Both the position numbers and the translations under genes were made by a program. Of a stretch of 64,000 nt of DNA, positions 40,800 to 52,231 are shown piece after piece. The notes below the pieces were generated by a model. It made no database searches, was not told the origin of the DNA, and saw only the letters and a list, made by a program, of their open reading frames with translations. Numbering within the stretch: the stretch's first letter is position 1; every line of letters begins with the position of its first letter. This stretch comes from an uncultured delta proteobacterium (GTDB lineage Bacteria > Desulfobacterota > Desulfobacteria > Desulfobacterales > Desulfosalsimonadaceae): the NCBI GenBank assembly GCA_963826785.1, contig CAWGYD010000001.1, positions 576,001 to 640,000 of the forward strand. The letters run 5' to 3'.

Positions 40800-40837
40800 T
40801 CACTTGCCCTAAAAAGGGTGAAAAGAAAGGGTCAGCC

Positions 40838-40987
40838 ATGAAAACCTCGACGAGAGTTCTTTTTTTTGTACTGCTGGTGTCCATGATATTTGCCCTGGCG
40901 GCATTTGACCGCATGCAGCAGGCCCAACAGTTCATGCTGCCGGCGGGATACTGCCAGTCATGCATTGAACGGTCGGTCCTGGCCTGA
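40838..40987 (+). CDS. small 49-aa membrane-anchored protein with CxxC
   Basis: MKTSTRVLFFVLLVSMIFALAAFDRMQQAQQFMLPAGYCQSCIERSVLA*; purine-rich RBS-like aagaaaggg upstream. Confidence 0.6.
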   Translation: MKTSTRVLFFVLLVSMIFALAAFDRMQQAQQFMLPAGYCQSCIERSVLA

Positions 40988-41057
40988 GGGTGACCCGACT
41001 CAGGGCTGTAGGCCTTGCAGGTTTTTTGTTAATTTTTACGGTTAGTTGAGTTTGTCA

Positions 41058-41366
41058 ATGGTGCGCAAAAGCAATCAAAAAATCCGACCCGTCCTGTTCA
41101 CCCCGCGGCATATCGGTTATTCGGTGGTGCTGATGCTGCTGTTCCTGGTGGAATTTTTCACCCGCACCTGGTGCGGGGTGCAGTGCATCCGGACCGGATA
41201 TGACATTTCCCAGGCCACACTGAAACAGCAGGAGCTGATCGATCTGGGGAAGAATCTCGAAATCGAGCTGGGGCGGCTCAAGTCCCCCCAGGTGCTCGGC
41301 GGGATGGCCAGAGAAAAATTGAACCTTACCATTCCCAAGCCCGGACAGGTGATCGTGGTCCCATGA
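41058..41366 (+). CDS. ftsL: cell division protein FtsL
   Basis: Single TM plus coiled coil LEIELGRLKSP; overlaps ftsI start. Confidence 0.85.
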   Translation: MVRKSNQKIRPVLFTPRHIGYSVVLMLLFLVEFFTRTWCGVQCIRTGYDISQATLKQQELIDLGKNLEIELGRLKSPQVLGGMAREKLNLTIPKPGQVIVVP

Positions 41367-43105
41367 AATCGGCTGAAATCGAAAAAAGGCGCTTGACTCT
41401 GAGGAACCGTCGGATATATCTGATCGGCGCGTTCTTCTCCGTACTGTACCTCATCGTGGGGGGGAAAGCCTTTTATCTGCAGGTGGTTCTGGAGAATAAG
41501 CTGTCCACCCAGGCATTGTCCGAATATCGGAAACAGATGAAATGCCAGGGAAAGCGGGGAACCATCTTTGACACCAAATACCGGGAGCTGGCGCTTTCCA
41601 CCAATGTGGTGGCCATCGGCGCCCATCCCGGCAGGATTGACCAGAAACAAAAATTCGCCCGCCAGGCGGCGGTTCAGTTGAATACGGACCAGCAGGACAT
41701 TTTTAGCAATATCTCCCAGAAGCGCCCCTTCGTCTGGATTGAACGGCAGGCCTCCCCCATCCAGGCGGAAGCCTTGAAGAGTGCCGGATTTCCCGGGCTC
41801 GAGTTTTTTCCCGGCTACTGCCGGGTCTATCCCAACAAGGTTCTGGCCGCGCAAGTCATCGGATTTTCGGGAATCGACGGGGATGGACTGGAAGGTCTGG
41901 AATTCTATTATGACGATTACCTGAAGGGAAACCTGCAGCAGTGGACCGTCATCAAGGACGCCCTGGGCCGGATCTTCGACCGCAAGGATGCCTGCGCGCT
42001 CGATTACGAGGGCAAAAACCTCATTGTCACCATCGATTCGACGATCCAATACATCACCGAAAAAGCACTCAAGAAAGCCGTTGAGGAAAATAACGCCAAG
42101 TCCGGCATCGCCGTGGTGATGGTTCCCCAGACCGGCGCGGTGCGCGCCATTGCCCATTTCCCCACGTTCAATCCCAATTCCCACACCATGTTTCCCAAGG
42201 AAATCTGGAGAAATCGGGTCATCACCGATTCCTTCGAGCCCGGATCGACCCTGAAGGTGTTCGTGGCCGCCGCGGCGCTGGAATCCGGATTGTGCAGACA
42301 GGATTCGGTGTTTGACTGCGAAAATGGGAATTACCGCATCGGCCGGAACACGGTCCACGACACCCATCCCTACGGGCTCCTGACCCTCTATGAAATCATC
42401 AAATATTCCAGCAATATCGGAGCGGTAAAGGTTTCAGAAATCCTCGGCCCCCAGATGCTCTATGACACGCTGAAAAAATTCGGATTCGGAGACAAGACCG
42501 GGATCGACTGCCCCGGGGAAACGCCCGGCCTGTTGCGGCATTATGAGGGCTGGAAGCGGATCGACAATGCCACCATCGCCTTCGGCCAGGGTGTTTCGGT
42601 TTCCGCCATACAGCTGGTCAGTGCCGTCGCGGCCATCGCCAACCACGGGGTGCTGATGCAGCCCAGGCTGGTGGAGGCCATTACGGACAAGAACGGCGAG
42701 ATCATCAAGAGTTTTCCCCCCAGGGAAGTCCGCCAGGCCATATCGCCGGAGACCGCCGCCATTGTCACCCGGATGATGAATTCGGTCACCACGGAGGGGG
42801 GGACCGGCACCATGGCCGTTCCGGTGGGATATGACGTGTGCGGAAAAACCGGCACCGCCCAGAAGATCAACTCCGACGGCACCTATCGCAACTGTGATTA
42901 CAACGGGGTCTTCGTGGGTTTTTCTCCGGCCAACGATCCCCAGCTGGCGGTGCTGGTGGTGATCGATGCCCCCCGGAAGCACCATTACGGCGGCCTGACG
43001 GCAGCCCCCGCTTTTCGGGAAATCATACTGGAATCATTCAACTATTTGAATATTGCACCCCGGCAGACGGATTCGTTGATCACCTGCCGGAAGGGAAAAT
43101 CATAA
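41363..43105 (+). CDS. ftsI: peptidoglycan D,D-transpeptidase FtsI (PBP3)
   Basis: RGTIFD, FEPGSTLK (SxxK), SSN, GKTGTAQK. Confidence 0.93.
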   Translation: MKSAEIEKRRLTLRNRRIYLIGAFFSVLYLIVGGKAFYLQVVLENKLSTQALSEYRKQMKCQGKRGTIFDTKYRELALSTNVVAIGAHPGRIDQKQKFARQAAVQLNTDQQDIFSNISQKRPFVWIERQASPIQAEALKSAGFPGLEFFPGYCRVYPNKVLAAQVIGFSGIDGDGLEGLEFYYDDYLKGNLQQWTVIKDALGRIFDRKDACALDYEGKNLIVTIDSTIQYITEKALKKAVEENNAKSGIAVVMVPQTGAVRAIAHFPTFNPNSHTMFPKEIWRNRVITDSFEPGSTLKVFVAAAALESGLCRQDSVFDCENGNYRIGRNTVHDTHPYGLLTLYEIIKYSSNIGAVKVSEILGPQMLYDTLKKFGFGDKTGIDCPGETPGLLRHYEGWKRIDNATIAFGQGVSVSAIQLVSAVAAIANHGVLMQPRLVEAITDKNGEIIKSFPPREVRQAISPETAAIVTRMMNSVTTEGGTGTMAVPVGYDVCGKTGTAQKINSDGTYRNCDYNGVFVGFSPANDPQLAVLVVIDAPRKHHYGGLTAAPAFREIILESFNYLNIAPRQTDSLITCRKGKS

Positions 43106-43109
43106 TCAT

Positions 43110-44654
43110 ATGAAGTGGTCGCAAATCATCAAATCACTCCATGCGCTCAATATCGCCGGCGAATCCCTCAACGGAACCGGGTCGGACCCGGACATCACCT
43201 CTATCCATTACCGGGCCGACGCCGTGGTTCCGGGAGGCCTGTTCGTGGCGGTGAAGGGGCATAAAGCAGACGGACACGATTATATCGGCCAGGCGCTTGA
43301 CCGGGGAGCGGCAGCGGTGATTGTGGAAAAAGAATGCATTCTGCAGACCGACGCGGTGATCTTACGGGTCGACCATTCCCGCAGGGCGCTGGCGGCGGCG
43401 GCTTCCGCCTTTTACGGCCACCCGGCGGAAAAACTGGTGATGATCGGGATTACCGGGACCAACGGCAAGACCACCACCGCTTATCTGACAGAGGCCATTC
43501 TCAAACAGCAGGGAATCGCCCCCGGAGTGATCGGCACCATCAATTACCGGTACGGAACGAAAAATTGCCCCAATCCCCTCACCACCCCGGAATCGGTGGA
43601 AGTGCAGAAGATCCTGGCGGAAATGGCGGGAGCCGGGGTCACTCATGTGATCATGGAAGTCTCATCCCACGGGATCGCACTGGACCGGATTTTCTCCTGC
43701 GGGTTTGACGTGGGCGTCTTTACCAACCTCAGCCAGGACCACCTCGATTTTCACGGCACCATGGAAGCATACGGCAGCTGTAAAAAGCAGTTCATCACGG
43801 GCCTGGCGCGGCAGGACAGCAAATCTTCGGCCGTGGCGGTAATCAATATGCAAAACCCCGCCGGAAGGGAACTGGCGGAAATGGTTGATCCGTCCGGATG
43901 CATCACCGTGGGCACGGATGCGAAAAACAAGGTGTACCCGGAGGCCCTGTCCATGGACCAGGACGGCATCCGGGGAACCCTGGTGACCCCGTCCGGGAAA
44001 TGCGGCTTCGCATCGGCGCTGTCGGGCGGGTTTAACCTGGAAAACATCCTGTGCGCCGCCGGAATCGCCCATGCGCTGGGTATCCCCCTTTCTTCCATTC
44101 AGAAAGGGATTGATTCATTTGCAAACGTGCCGGGAAGGCTGGAAAAGATTGCCAATACATCCCGGCGCCACGTGTATGTGGATTATGCCCACACTCCCGA
44201 TGCGCTGGAAAATGTGTTGTCCACCTTGAGAAACCTGGCCTCCGGCCGCCTGATCTGCGTATTCGGCTGCGGTGGAGACCGGGATCGGGGCAAGCGGCCC
44301 CAGATGGGTGAAATCGCCGCCCGCCTGGCCGACCTGGTGGTGGTCACCTCGGACAACCCCCGCTCGGAAGACCCTGGGGCCATCATCAAAGACATCCTGC
44401 AGGGCCTTTCTCCGCATATGCCGGCCCCATGCCGCCCCGAAGAAATGCAAAACCAGGGATGCACCAGGGGATACGTGGTGGAGCCCGACCGGGAGAAAGC
44501 CATTTTCCTGGCCGTTGGCATCTTAATGGAAGAAGACACCCTCCTGATTGCCGGAAAAGGGCATGAACCCTACCAGATCATCGGAAAGACCGTGATTGCC
44601 TTTGACGACCGGGAAAAAGCGGCCCGGGCAATGGCGGAAAAAGGGTGGGCATGA
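43110..44654 (+). CDS. murE: UDP-MurNAc-tripeptide synthetase (meso-DAP type)
   Basis: GITGTNGKTT, EVSSHG, DYAHTPDAL, DNPR. Confidence 0.96.
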   Translation: MKWSQIIKSLHALNIAGESLNGTGSDPDITSIHYRADAVVPGGLFVAVKGHKADGHDYIGQALDRGAAAVIVEKECILQTDAVILRVDHSRRALAAAASAFYGHPAEKLVMIGITGTNGKTTTAYLTEAILKQQGIAPGVIGTINYRYGTKNCPNPLTTPESVEVQKILAEMAGAGVTHVIMEVSSHGIALDRIFSCGFDVGVFTNLSQDHLDFHGTMEAYGSCKKQFITGLARQDSKSSAVAVINMQNPAGRELAEMVDPSGCITVGTDAKNKVYPEALSMDQDGIRGTLVTPSGKCGFASALSGGFNLENILCAAGIAHALGIPLSSIQKGIDSFANVPGRLEKIANTSRRHVYVDYAHTPDALENVLSTLRNLASGRLICVFGCGGDRDRGKRPQMGEIAARLADLVVVTSDNPRSEDPGAIIKDILQGLSPHMPAPCRPEEMQNQGCTRGYVVEPDREKAIFLAVGILMEEDTLLIAGKGHEPYQIIGKTVIAFDDREKAARAMAEKGWA

Positions 44655-46057
44655 CAATGACGCCGATATCCTGGACCATAGACGATGTGATCACCGCCAC
44701 CGGCGGCCGGCTGCTTTCCGGAAAAGGGGCGGTATTTGCCTCCATATCCATCGACTCGCGGACGATTGCGCCAGAAAACCTGTTTGCGGCCGTCCGGGGA
44801 GACCGGTTTGACGGCCATGACTTTATTCCCGGGGTGCTCGCCGCCGGCGTTAAGGGCGTGATGGTAAATGCGTCCAAAGCCGATACCCTCCCGCTGGCCC
44901 AGTATGAACAAGACGGCATCTGCGTGATTGCGGTGGAGGACACCGTCGCCGCCCTGGGGGCGCTGGCGTCTTTCCAGCGCAGCCGGGTGAACATTCCGGT
45001 GGTGGCCGTCACCGGTTCAAACGGAAAAACCACCACCAAGGAGATGATCGCCGCGGTGTTGTCGGTCCGGTTTGCCACGCTTTTTACCACGGGAAACTTA
45101 AACAACGAGATCGGTCTGCCCCTGACCCTGTTCAGGCTAAGCGCCTCCCATGAGGCCGCCGTGCTGGAGATGGGAATGAATCATCCCGGCGAAATCGATC
45201 GCCTGGCCGCCATGTGCCGGCCGTGCATCGGCGTGATCACCACCATCGGACCCGCCCATCTGGAAGGGCTGGGGAGCATGGACGCGGTCATGGCGGCCAA
45301 GGGGGAACTGCTTTCCCACATCGAAAGCGGCGGAACGGCCGTGCTGAATGCGGACAATCCATACTGCCGCCGCCTGGCCGAAAAGGCTGCGGTCGATGTT
45401 TTTCGTTTCGGTCTGGATGATACGGCAAACGCTCATGCCGCCGATATCCGGCCCGAAGAAGACGGGACCCGATTCACGCTATCGCTTGGCAGTGAAAAGA
45501 TCGAGGTGCGGCTCCGCCTTGCCGGCGCCGTCAATGTGTCAAACGCGCTTGCCGCCGCCAGCGTGGGGCATCTGCTGGGACTTTCGGCAGCAGAGATTGC
45601 CGAAGGATTGGCATCGGTCCGGCCGGTCAAGGGACGGATGGAGATTATCCGTCTGGAAACCGGGGTCACCCTCATCGACGACACCTACAACGCCAACCCG
45701 GGGTCCATGGCCGCAGCCATCGGCGCCCTCATGGGGCTCAGAGGCCCTGGCCGGACGGTGCTGGTGGCCGGCGACATGCTGGAGCTCGGGGGCGAATCGG
45801 AAAAGCGCCATGAAGATATCGGCGCGCTGGCCGCCCGATCCGGAATCGACCAGCTTTACCTGACCGGTCAATTTGCGCCTGCCGCGCAAAACGGGGCGGT
45901 AAAGGCCGGCATGCCGGCCGGCCGGATCCGGGTGGACGACAAGGCCGCCATCATCGATTCCCTGATCCGGTTCCTCAGGCCCGGCGACCGGGTGCTGGTG
46001 AAGGGGTCCAGGAGCATGGGGATGGAAACCATCGTCAAAGGATTACAGAAATCATGA
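44651..46057 (+). CDS. murF: UDP-MurNAc-tripeptide--D-Ala-D-Ala ligase
   Basis: VTGSNGKTTTKE, NNEIGLP, DDTYNANP, KGSR. Confidence 0.96.
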   Translation: MTMTPISWTIDDVITATGGRLLSGKGAVFASISIDSRTIAPENLFAAVRGDRFDGHDFIPGVLAAGVKGVMVNASKADTLPLAQYEQDGICVIAVEDTVAALGALASFQRSRVNIPVVAVTGSNGKTTTKEMIAAVLSVRFATLFTTGNLNNEIGLPLTLFRLSASHEAAVLEMGMNHPGEIDRLAAMCRPCIGVITTIGPAHLEGLGSMDAVMAAKGELLSHIESGGTAVLNADNPYCRRLAEKAAVDVFRFGLDDTANAHAADIRPEEDGTRFTLSLGSEKIEVRLRLAGAVNVSNALAAASVGHLLGLSAAEIAEGLASVRPVKGRMEIIRLETGVTLIDDTYNANPGSMAAAIGALMGLRGPGRTVLVAGDMLELGGESEKRHEDIGALAARSGIDQLYLTGQFAPAAQNGAVKAGMPAGRIRVDDKAAIIDSLIRFLRPGDRVLVKGSRSMGMETIVKGLQKS

Positions 46058-46104
46058 TCGGAAACGCCATTTTCACGGCGATATATACACAGGTGGATTA
46101 AGAC

Positions 46105-47184
46105 ATGCTTTATCAACTCCTATATGCATTTCACGCAGAGCTGTCGGTGCTCAATGTGTTCCGGTACATCACCTTCCGGACCATCTGCGCCAGCCTGACT
46201 GCGCTGCTCATCAGCTTTCTGCTGGGACCGTGGGTCATCCGGAAGCTCAGCGAAAAACAGATCGGCCAGTACATCCGCCGGGTGGGACCGGCCAGCCACC
46301 AGGACAAGGCCGGCACCCCCACCATGGGCGGGGTGCTGATCATCCTGGCCGTCGGGCTGTCCACCATTTTGTGGATGGATCTGAAGAATTTTTACACCTG
46401 GATCATTCTGTTGATCACCGCGGGCTATTTTTTCGTCGGGTTTACCGATGATTATCTGAAACAGATCAAGAAGCGAAACGCGGGCTTGAGCGCAAGAAAC
46501 AAGTTTTGCCTCCAGGTGGTTTTTGCCGCCCTTGCCGGATGGCTGCTCTACCTCCATCCGGATTTTGACACCAAGGTCACCATCCCGCTGTTTAAAAATT
46601 TCTCCCCCGACCTGGGCGCCGGGTACATCCTTTTTGCCGTCCTGGTGATCGTGGGGACCTCCAATGCGGTCAATCTCACCGACGGCCTGGACGGCCTGGC
46701 CATCGGCCCGGTGATCATCGCCGCGGCCACCTACATGATTTTCGCCTATGTGACCGGGCACGCCCGGATCGCCGAATATCTGCAGATCAATTTCGTCAAC
46801 GGCGCGGGCGAGGTGACCATCCTGTGCGGGGCCATGGCCGGGGCCGGGCTGGGGTTTCTGTGGTTCAATTCCTACCCGGCCCAGATCTTCATGGGGGACG
46901 TGGGGTCGCTCCCCCTGGGCGCCATGCTGGGCGCCATCGCGGTGGTCACTAAGCAGGAAATCCTGATGGTCCTGGTGGGCGGGGTGTTCGTGATCGAGGC
47001 CCTGTCGGTGATCATCCAGGTGGGATATTTCAAGGCCACCCACGGCCGCCGATTCTTTAAAATGGCGCCGCTGCATCATCATTTTGAACTCAAGGGGTGG
47101 GCCGAATCCAAGGTGATCGTCCGCTTCTGGATCGTGGCCATCATCCTGTCCCTGATGGCGCTGAGCACGTTGAAGCTGAGATAG
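46105..47184 (+). CDS. mraY: phospho-MurNAc-pentapeptide transferase
   Basis: [35 protein letters not shown]. Confidence 0.97.
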   Translation: MLYQLLYAFHAELSVLNVFRYITFRTICASLTALLISFLLGPWVIRKLSEKQIGQYIRRVGPASHQDKAGTPTMGGVLIILAVGLSTILWMDLKNFYTWIILLITAGYFFVGFTDDYLKQIKKRNAGLSARNKFCLQVVFAALAGWLLYLHPDFDTKVTIPLFKNFSPDLGAGYILFAVLVIVGTSNAVNLTDGLDGLAIGPVIIAAATYMIFAYVTGHARIAEYLQINFVNGAGEVTILCGAMAGAGLGFLWFNSYPAQIFMGDVGSLPLGAMLGAIAVVTKQEILMVLVGGVFVIEALSVIIQVGYFKATHGRRFFKMAPLHHHFELKGWAESKVIVRFWIVAIILSLMALSTLKLR

Positions 47185-47211
47185 CACAACAACTTTTAAC
47201 AAGATCGACAC

Positions 47212-48570
47212 ATGAACCTGAACGGAAAAAACATACTGATCGTCGGGCTGGGGCGTACGGGCACCTCGCTGGCCCGTTTCCTGGTAAAGCGGGGCGCTTT
47301 TGTCACCGTTACGGATGCATCGCCCGCAAAAAACCTTCAGGCATCACTGGAGCGGCTGGACGGCCTGGATGTCCGCAAGATTCTGGGGGGCCATGATCCC
47401 TGCACATTTTTTTCCGCCGACCTGATCGTGCTGAGTCCGGGGGTGCCCCATACCCTTGAAGTGCTTTCCGCGGCAAGGGAAAAGAACATCCCCGTCATCG
47501 GCGAAATCGAACTGGCGTCAAAGTTCATGCACACGCCCATCCTGGCGGTGACCGGCACCAACGGGAAATCGACCGCCACCCTGCTGCTGGGAGAGATGCT
47601 CAAGGCTTCCGGCTTTTCCGTATTTGTCGGCGGCAACCTGGGAACGCCGTTGATCGAGTACGTGGACAACGGCGAAGGATCCGATTTTGCGGTGGCGGAA
47701 ATCAGCAGTTTCCAGCTCGACACCATCAACGACTTCAAGCCGAAGGTGTCGGTGCTGCTTAACATCACCGATGACCATCTGGACCGCTATGATGATTTTG
47801 AAGCTTATGTTCGATCAAAGGCCCGGGTGTTTGAAAACCAGGGGGCAGCGGATTTCGCGGTTTTAAACGGATCGGATGCGGCGGTCATGTCGGCAGCAAG
47901 GCACATTTGCGCAAAAAAGTTCGTGTTCAACTGCGAAGACGCTATGCCAAACGGGGCGCAGATATCGGATCGCGCCATCCGTTTTTTCATCGACGGGGCA
48001 GCGCAGGTGCTGGACTGCAAAAACATCCGGATCCCCGGCCGCCACAACCTGGAAAATGTCGCGGCCGCCGGTTTGGCCGCCCTGGCAGCGGGTTCGACCC
48101 TGGAGCAGATCGGTGCGGCGGTGGAAGGTTTTGCCGGTCTGCCCCATCGGATTGCCCACGTGGCGCAAATCAACGGCGTCGACTACTATGACGATTCCAA
48201 GGCCACCAATGTGGACGCGGTGAAAAGGGCGCTTGAAATGTTTAGTGTGCCCGTGGTCCTCATCATGGGCGGACGGGACAAGGGGGGCAGCTATGATGCG
48301 CTGATTCCGGAAATCCGCCGCTGCGTCAGCCGCTTGATCGTGATGGGAGAGGCGGCGGATAAGATCATGGCCGCGCTGGGAAAGCAAACGCCGGCCTCAG
48401 TGGTTTCCTCCATGAAAGAAGCGGTGGCCCTGGCGCACCAGAACGCCCGTCCCGGAGCGGCGGTGCTGCTGTCCCCCGCCTGTTCCAGCTTCGACAGGTA
48501 TGAAAGCTATGCCCAGCGGGGCGATGATTTTGCAGCCCGGGTCCTTTCACTGAAGGGAGATTTTTCATGA
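47212..48570 (+). CDS. murD: UDP-MurNAc-L-Ala--D-Glu ligase
   Basis: VTGTNGKST, EISSFQL, DHLDRY, DDSKATN, LSPACSSFD. Confidence 0.96.
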   Translation: MNLNGKNILIVGLGRTGTSLARFLVKRGAFVTVTDASPAKNLQASLERLDGLDVRKILGGHDPCTFFSADLIVLSPGVPHTLEVLSAAREKNIPVIGEIELASKFMHTPILAVTGTNGKSTATLLLGEMLKASGFSVFVGGNLGTPLIEYVDNGEGSDFAVAEISSFQLDTINDFKPKVSVLLNITDDHLDRYDDFEAYVRSKARVFENQGAADFAVLNGSDAAVMSAARHICAKKFVFNCEDAMPNGAQISDRAIRFFIDGAAQVLDCKNIRIPGRHNLENVAAAGLAALAAGSTLEQIGAAVEGFAGLPHRIAHVAQINGVDYYDDSKATNVDAVKRALEMFSVPVVLIMGGRDKGGSYDALIPEIRRCVSRLIVMGEAADKIMAALGKQTPASVVSSMKEAVALAHQNARPGAAVLLSPACSSFDRYESYAQRGDDFAARVLSLKGDFS

Positions 48571-49682
48571 AGCAAACGGAGAAATCTGCTTCCTGGCTGG
48601 CCTTTGATCACGCCATGCTGCTGCCGGTCCTGCTTCTGACGGGCATCGGCATTGCCATGGTCTACAGCGCCAGCAGTGAGTTGGCGCTCAAACAGCAGGG
48701 CGACGAATACTATTATTTCACCCGGCAGCTGATTTTTGCCGGGCTGGGATGCATTGCCCTGCTCATCGGGCGCTATGTTCCCTATCGGCTCTATTACAAG
48801 CTGACCTACCTGCTGCTGGCGGTGTCGGTTGCCCTTCTGGCGGCGGTGCTGGTGGAGGGGGTGGGCCATTCCGCCGGCGGCGCCACGCGCTGGATCAATC
48901 TCAAATGGTTTCATTTCCAGCCCGTGGAATTCGCCCGGCTCACGCTGATCATTTTCCTGGCGTATTCCCTGACCAAGAAACAGGATCGGGTGGAGGAGTT
49001 CAAGATCGGATTTGTGCCGCATGTGCTGATTCTGGGAATGTTTGCCGTCCTGGTACTGGCCCAGCCGGATTTCGGATCCACCGCCATTTTCTGCATGATC
49101 GCCTGGATCGTCATGTTTGCGGGGCGGGTGCGGCTGCTGCATCTCCTGTCCGCATGCATCGTGGTCCTGCCCATGGCCCTGTACGTCATTTTTACCAGCA
49201 AATACCGCTCCGACCGGATCTGGATCTTCATGGATCCCTGGAAAGATCCGCTGGATACGGGGTATCAGATCATCCATTCCCTGCTGGCGTTCGGCTCCGG
49301 GGGCATCTGGGGAAAAGGCTTCGGCCAGGGATATCAGAAGCTTTTTTACCTGCCCACGCCCCATACGGATTTCATTTTTTCCGTAATCGGCGAAGAAGGC
49401 GGGCTGAGATGGGTAATGATCGTGCTGTGCCTGTTTGTCATTATCCTGTGGCGGGGAATCAGCATTTCCACCACCACCCGGGAATTTTTCGGGTCGATCC
49501 TGGCCCTTGGGCTCACCGTTTCCATCACCATCCAGGCGGTGGTGAACATGGGGGTGGCGGTGAGCCTTCTGCCCACCAAGGGGCTGACCCTGCCGTTTTT
49601 GAGCTACGGCGGGTCCGCCATGATCATGAACATGGCCTGCATCGGCATCCTGATGAACATATGGGCGTCCAACCGAACATGA
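48567..49682 (+). CDS. ftsW: SEDS peptidoglycan glycosyltransferase FtsW
   Basis: GATRWI, FQPVEF, QPDFGS, YLPTPHTDFIFSVIGEE, PTKGLTLPFLSYGGS. Confidence 0.95.
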   Translation: MKQTEKSASWLAFDHAMLLPVLLLTGIGIAMVYSASSELALKQQGDEYYYFTRQLIFAGLGCIALLIGRYVPYRLYYKLTYLLLAVSVALLAAVLVEGVGHSAGGATRWINLKWFHFQPVEFARLTLIIFLAYSLTKKQDRVEEFKIGFVPHVLILGMFAVLVLAQPDFGSTAIFCMIAWIVMFAGRVRLLHLLSACIVVLPMALYVIFTSKYRSDRIWIFMDPWKDPLDTGYQIIHSLLAFGSGGIWGKGFGQGYQKLFYLPTPHTDFIFSVIGEEGGLRWVMIVLCLFVIILWRGISISTTTREFFGSILALGLTVSITIQAVVNMGVAVSLLPTKGLTLPFLSYGGSAMIMNMACIGILMNIWASNRT

Positions 49683-50847
49683 AGAAGGAGCGCAACGTAC
49701 ATATAAACGGCAGCAGGCCTGCCCCGGGGATCCTGATCACCGGCGGCGGCACCGGCGGACACCTGTTTCCGGGAATCGCCGTCGCCCGCGCTTTTTTGCG
49801 CAGATTTCCGGACTGCCGCATCCGGTTTATCAGTAGCGGCCGGCCCATAGAAGAGAGCGTTCTGGCCGGGGCCGGATTTTCGACCAGCGTCATCGGTGCG
49901 GCGGGCATCAAAGGAAAATCCTGGGGGCAGAAGTTAAAAGCTGTGTTCAAACTGCCCGGTGGGGCTGATCCAGTCGGCCACGGTGCTGATAAAGTTTGGG
50001 CCGGATGTGGTGATCGGCCTGGGCGGATACAGCGCCGGCCCGGTGGTGGTGGCCGCCTGGCTGCTTCGCATCCCGCGCGTGATCCAGGAGCAGAACGTGA
50101 TTCCCGGCATCACCAACCGGCTCCTGGCCCGCTTTGCGGACCTGATTTTCACCTCATTTCCGGACACGGCCATTGCCGCACCGATTGAAAAAATCTGTTT
50201 TACCGGAAATCCGGTGCGGGATGAAATCATCAAAGCCTTTGATGCCAGTGCTTCCGAAAAGAACAGGCGGTTTACGGTGCTCATCCTGGGAGGAAGCCAG
50301 GGCGCCCGGGGGCTCAACCGTCTGGTGATCGCGGCCCTGGATCATTTAAAAGAAACGGACCGGTTCAGGTTTATCCACCAGACCGGCCCGGCGGACCTGC
50401 AGGATGCGGCAATCGCCTATGCGGAAAAAGACATTGCAAATACCACCGCCCCCTTTTTTACGGACATGGCTGCCCTCTACGCCCGGGCCGATCTGGTGAT
50501 CTGCCGGGCCGGGGCCACCACCGTGGCGGAGATTATCGCGGCCGGCAAGCCGGCTGTTTTCATCCCTTTTCCCCACGCCACGGACAACCACCAGGTGTAC
50601 AACGCCCAGGGCACTGGTCGACCGGGGGGCGGCCGAAATGTTTCTGGAAAGCGAGATGACCGGATCGGCCCTGGCGGAAAAGATCGTTTATTATGCGGAT
50701 CATCCCGGCGCACTCCGGGAAAGACGAGAAAATATCAGACCTCTCCGGGTGGAAGATGCGGCCGGGCAGATCGTTTCGCGCATCAGCCGGCTCATCGGCC
50801 TGGACACCGGGGACAAAAGCGGTTCACACGCGTCAAACGGAATATAG
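49679..50847 (+). CDS. murG: MurG glycosyltransferase (frameshifts near 49955 and 50610)
   Basis: GGGTGGHLFPG, GGYSAGP, EQNVIPG, GNPVR, GGSQGA, RAGATTVAE, HQVYNA across three frames. Confidence 0.92.
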
Positions 50848-50856
50848 CATAAGCGA

Positions 50857-52231
50857 ATGTATCGAAAACAATATCATATCTTTTTTGTCGGCATCGGCGG
50901 CATCGGCATGAGCGGCATCGCCGAACTGCTGATCAACCTGGGCTACCGGGTGTCCGGTTCGGATAAGACGCTTTCGGATGTGACCGACCGCCTGGAAAAG
51001 CTCGGGGGAACCGTCTACCAGGGACATGCGGCAGACCACATCCATGACGTGGACGTGGTGGTGGCCTCTTCGGCCATCCGGCCGGACAACCCGGAAATCA
51101 GGGCTGCCGTGGAAGCATCGGTCCCGGTGATCCCGCGGGCCGAAATGCTGGCCGAACTGATGCGGCTCAAATACAGCATCGCCGTGGCCGGCGCCCACGG
51201 CAAAACCTCCACCACCTCCATGGTGGCATCCGTTCTGGCCTCCGGCGGGCTCGATCCCACCGTGGTGATCGGGGGAAAGCTCAAAGCCATCAACACCAAT
51301 GCGGTGATGGGTCAAGGGGATTACATCGTGGCCGAGGCCGATGAGAGCGACGGGTCATTTCTGAAATATTCTCCGATCCATTGCCGTGGTGACCAACATC
51401 GACCTGGAGCATGTGGATTTTTACAGGGACCTGGAAAAAATCAAATCCGTGTTCCTCGATTTCATCGACCGGATTCCTTTTTACGGCCTGGCGGTCCTCT
51501 GTCTGGACAACGAGCCGGTCCAGGATATCATCCCGCGGATCCGGAAGCGTTTTGTCACCTATGGGCTGAGCGCCCAGGCCGATTACCAGGCCCGCAATGT
51601 GGAATTTGAGGGCATGAAATCCCGTTTCGAGGTTTTCCAGAATGAAAAAAGGCTGGGGGAAGTCAACCTGAACCTGCCGGGCATGCACAATGTCTACAAT
51701 TCCCTGGCCAGCATCGCAGTCGGAGTCGAACTCGACATCGCCTTTGAAAAGATCCGCCAGGCACTGGAAACCCTGGAAGGGGTGCAGCGGCGACTGGAAA
51801 TCAAGGGGGATGCCGGCGGCGTGAAGGTGATCGATGATTACGGACACCATCCCACCGAGATCAAGACCACCCTGGATGCCGTCCGCAAATGCTGGCCGGG
51901 CAGGCGCGTGGTGGTGGTGTTTCAGCCCCATCGCTACACCCGCACCCGGGCGCTGTTCAATGAATTCACCCGGGCCTTCTACCAGAGCGACATTCTGCGC
52001 CTCCTGCCGATCTATTCGGCCGGAGAGGACGAAATCGAGGGGGTCAGTCACGAGGCGCTCTATGATGGCATCAAGGAGCACGGGCACAAGGATGTGGGGT
52101 TTTGCAGCGGCCGGGAGGAAATGGCCGTCGAAATCAAGGCGCTGGTCAGGCCGGATGATATCGTCCTGACCCTTGGCGCCGGAGACGTGTGGAAGGTGGG
52201 GGAAGTCTTGATCAGGGAATTGGGACTCTAA
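50857..52231 (+). CDS. murC: UDP-MurNAc--L-Ala ligase (frameshift near 51378)
   Basis: [28 protein letters not shown]; then [19 protein letters not shown]. Confidence 0.94.

Noticed and set aside
49679..52231. Programmed frameshifting or true pseudogenes in murG and murC
   Set aside because: Essential genes with no slippery-site pattern; window-wide indels point to sequencing error
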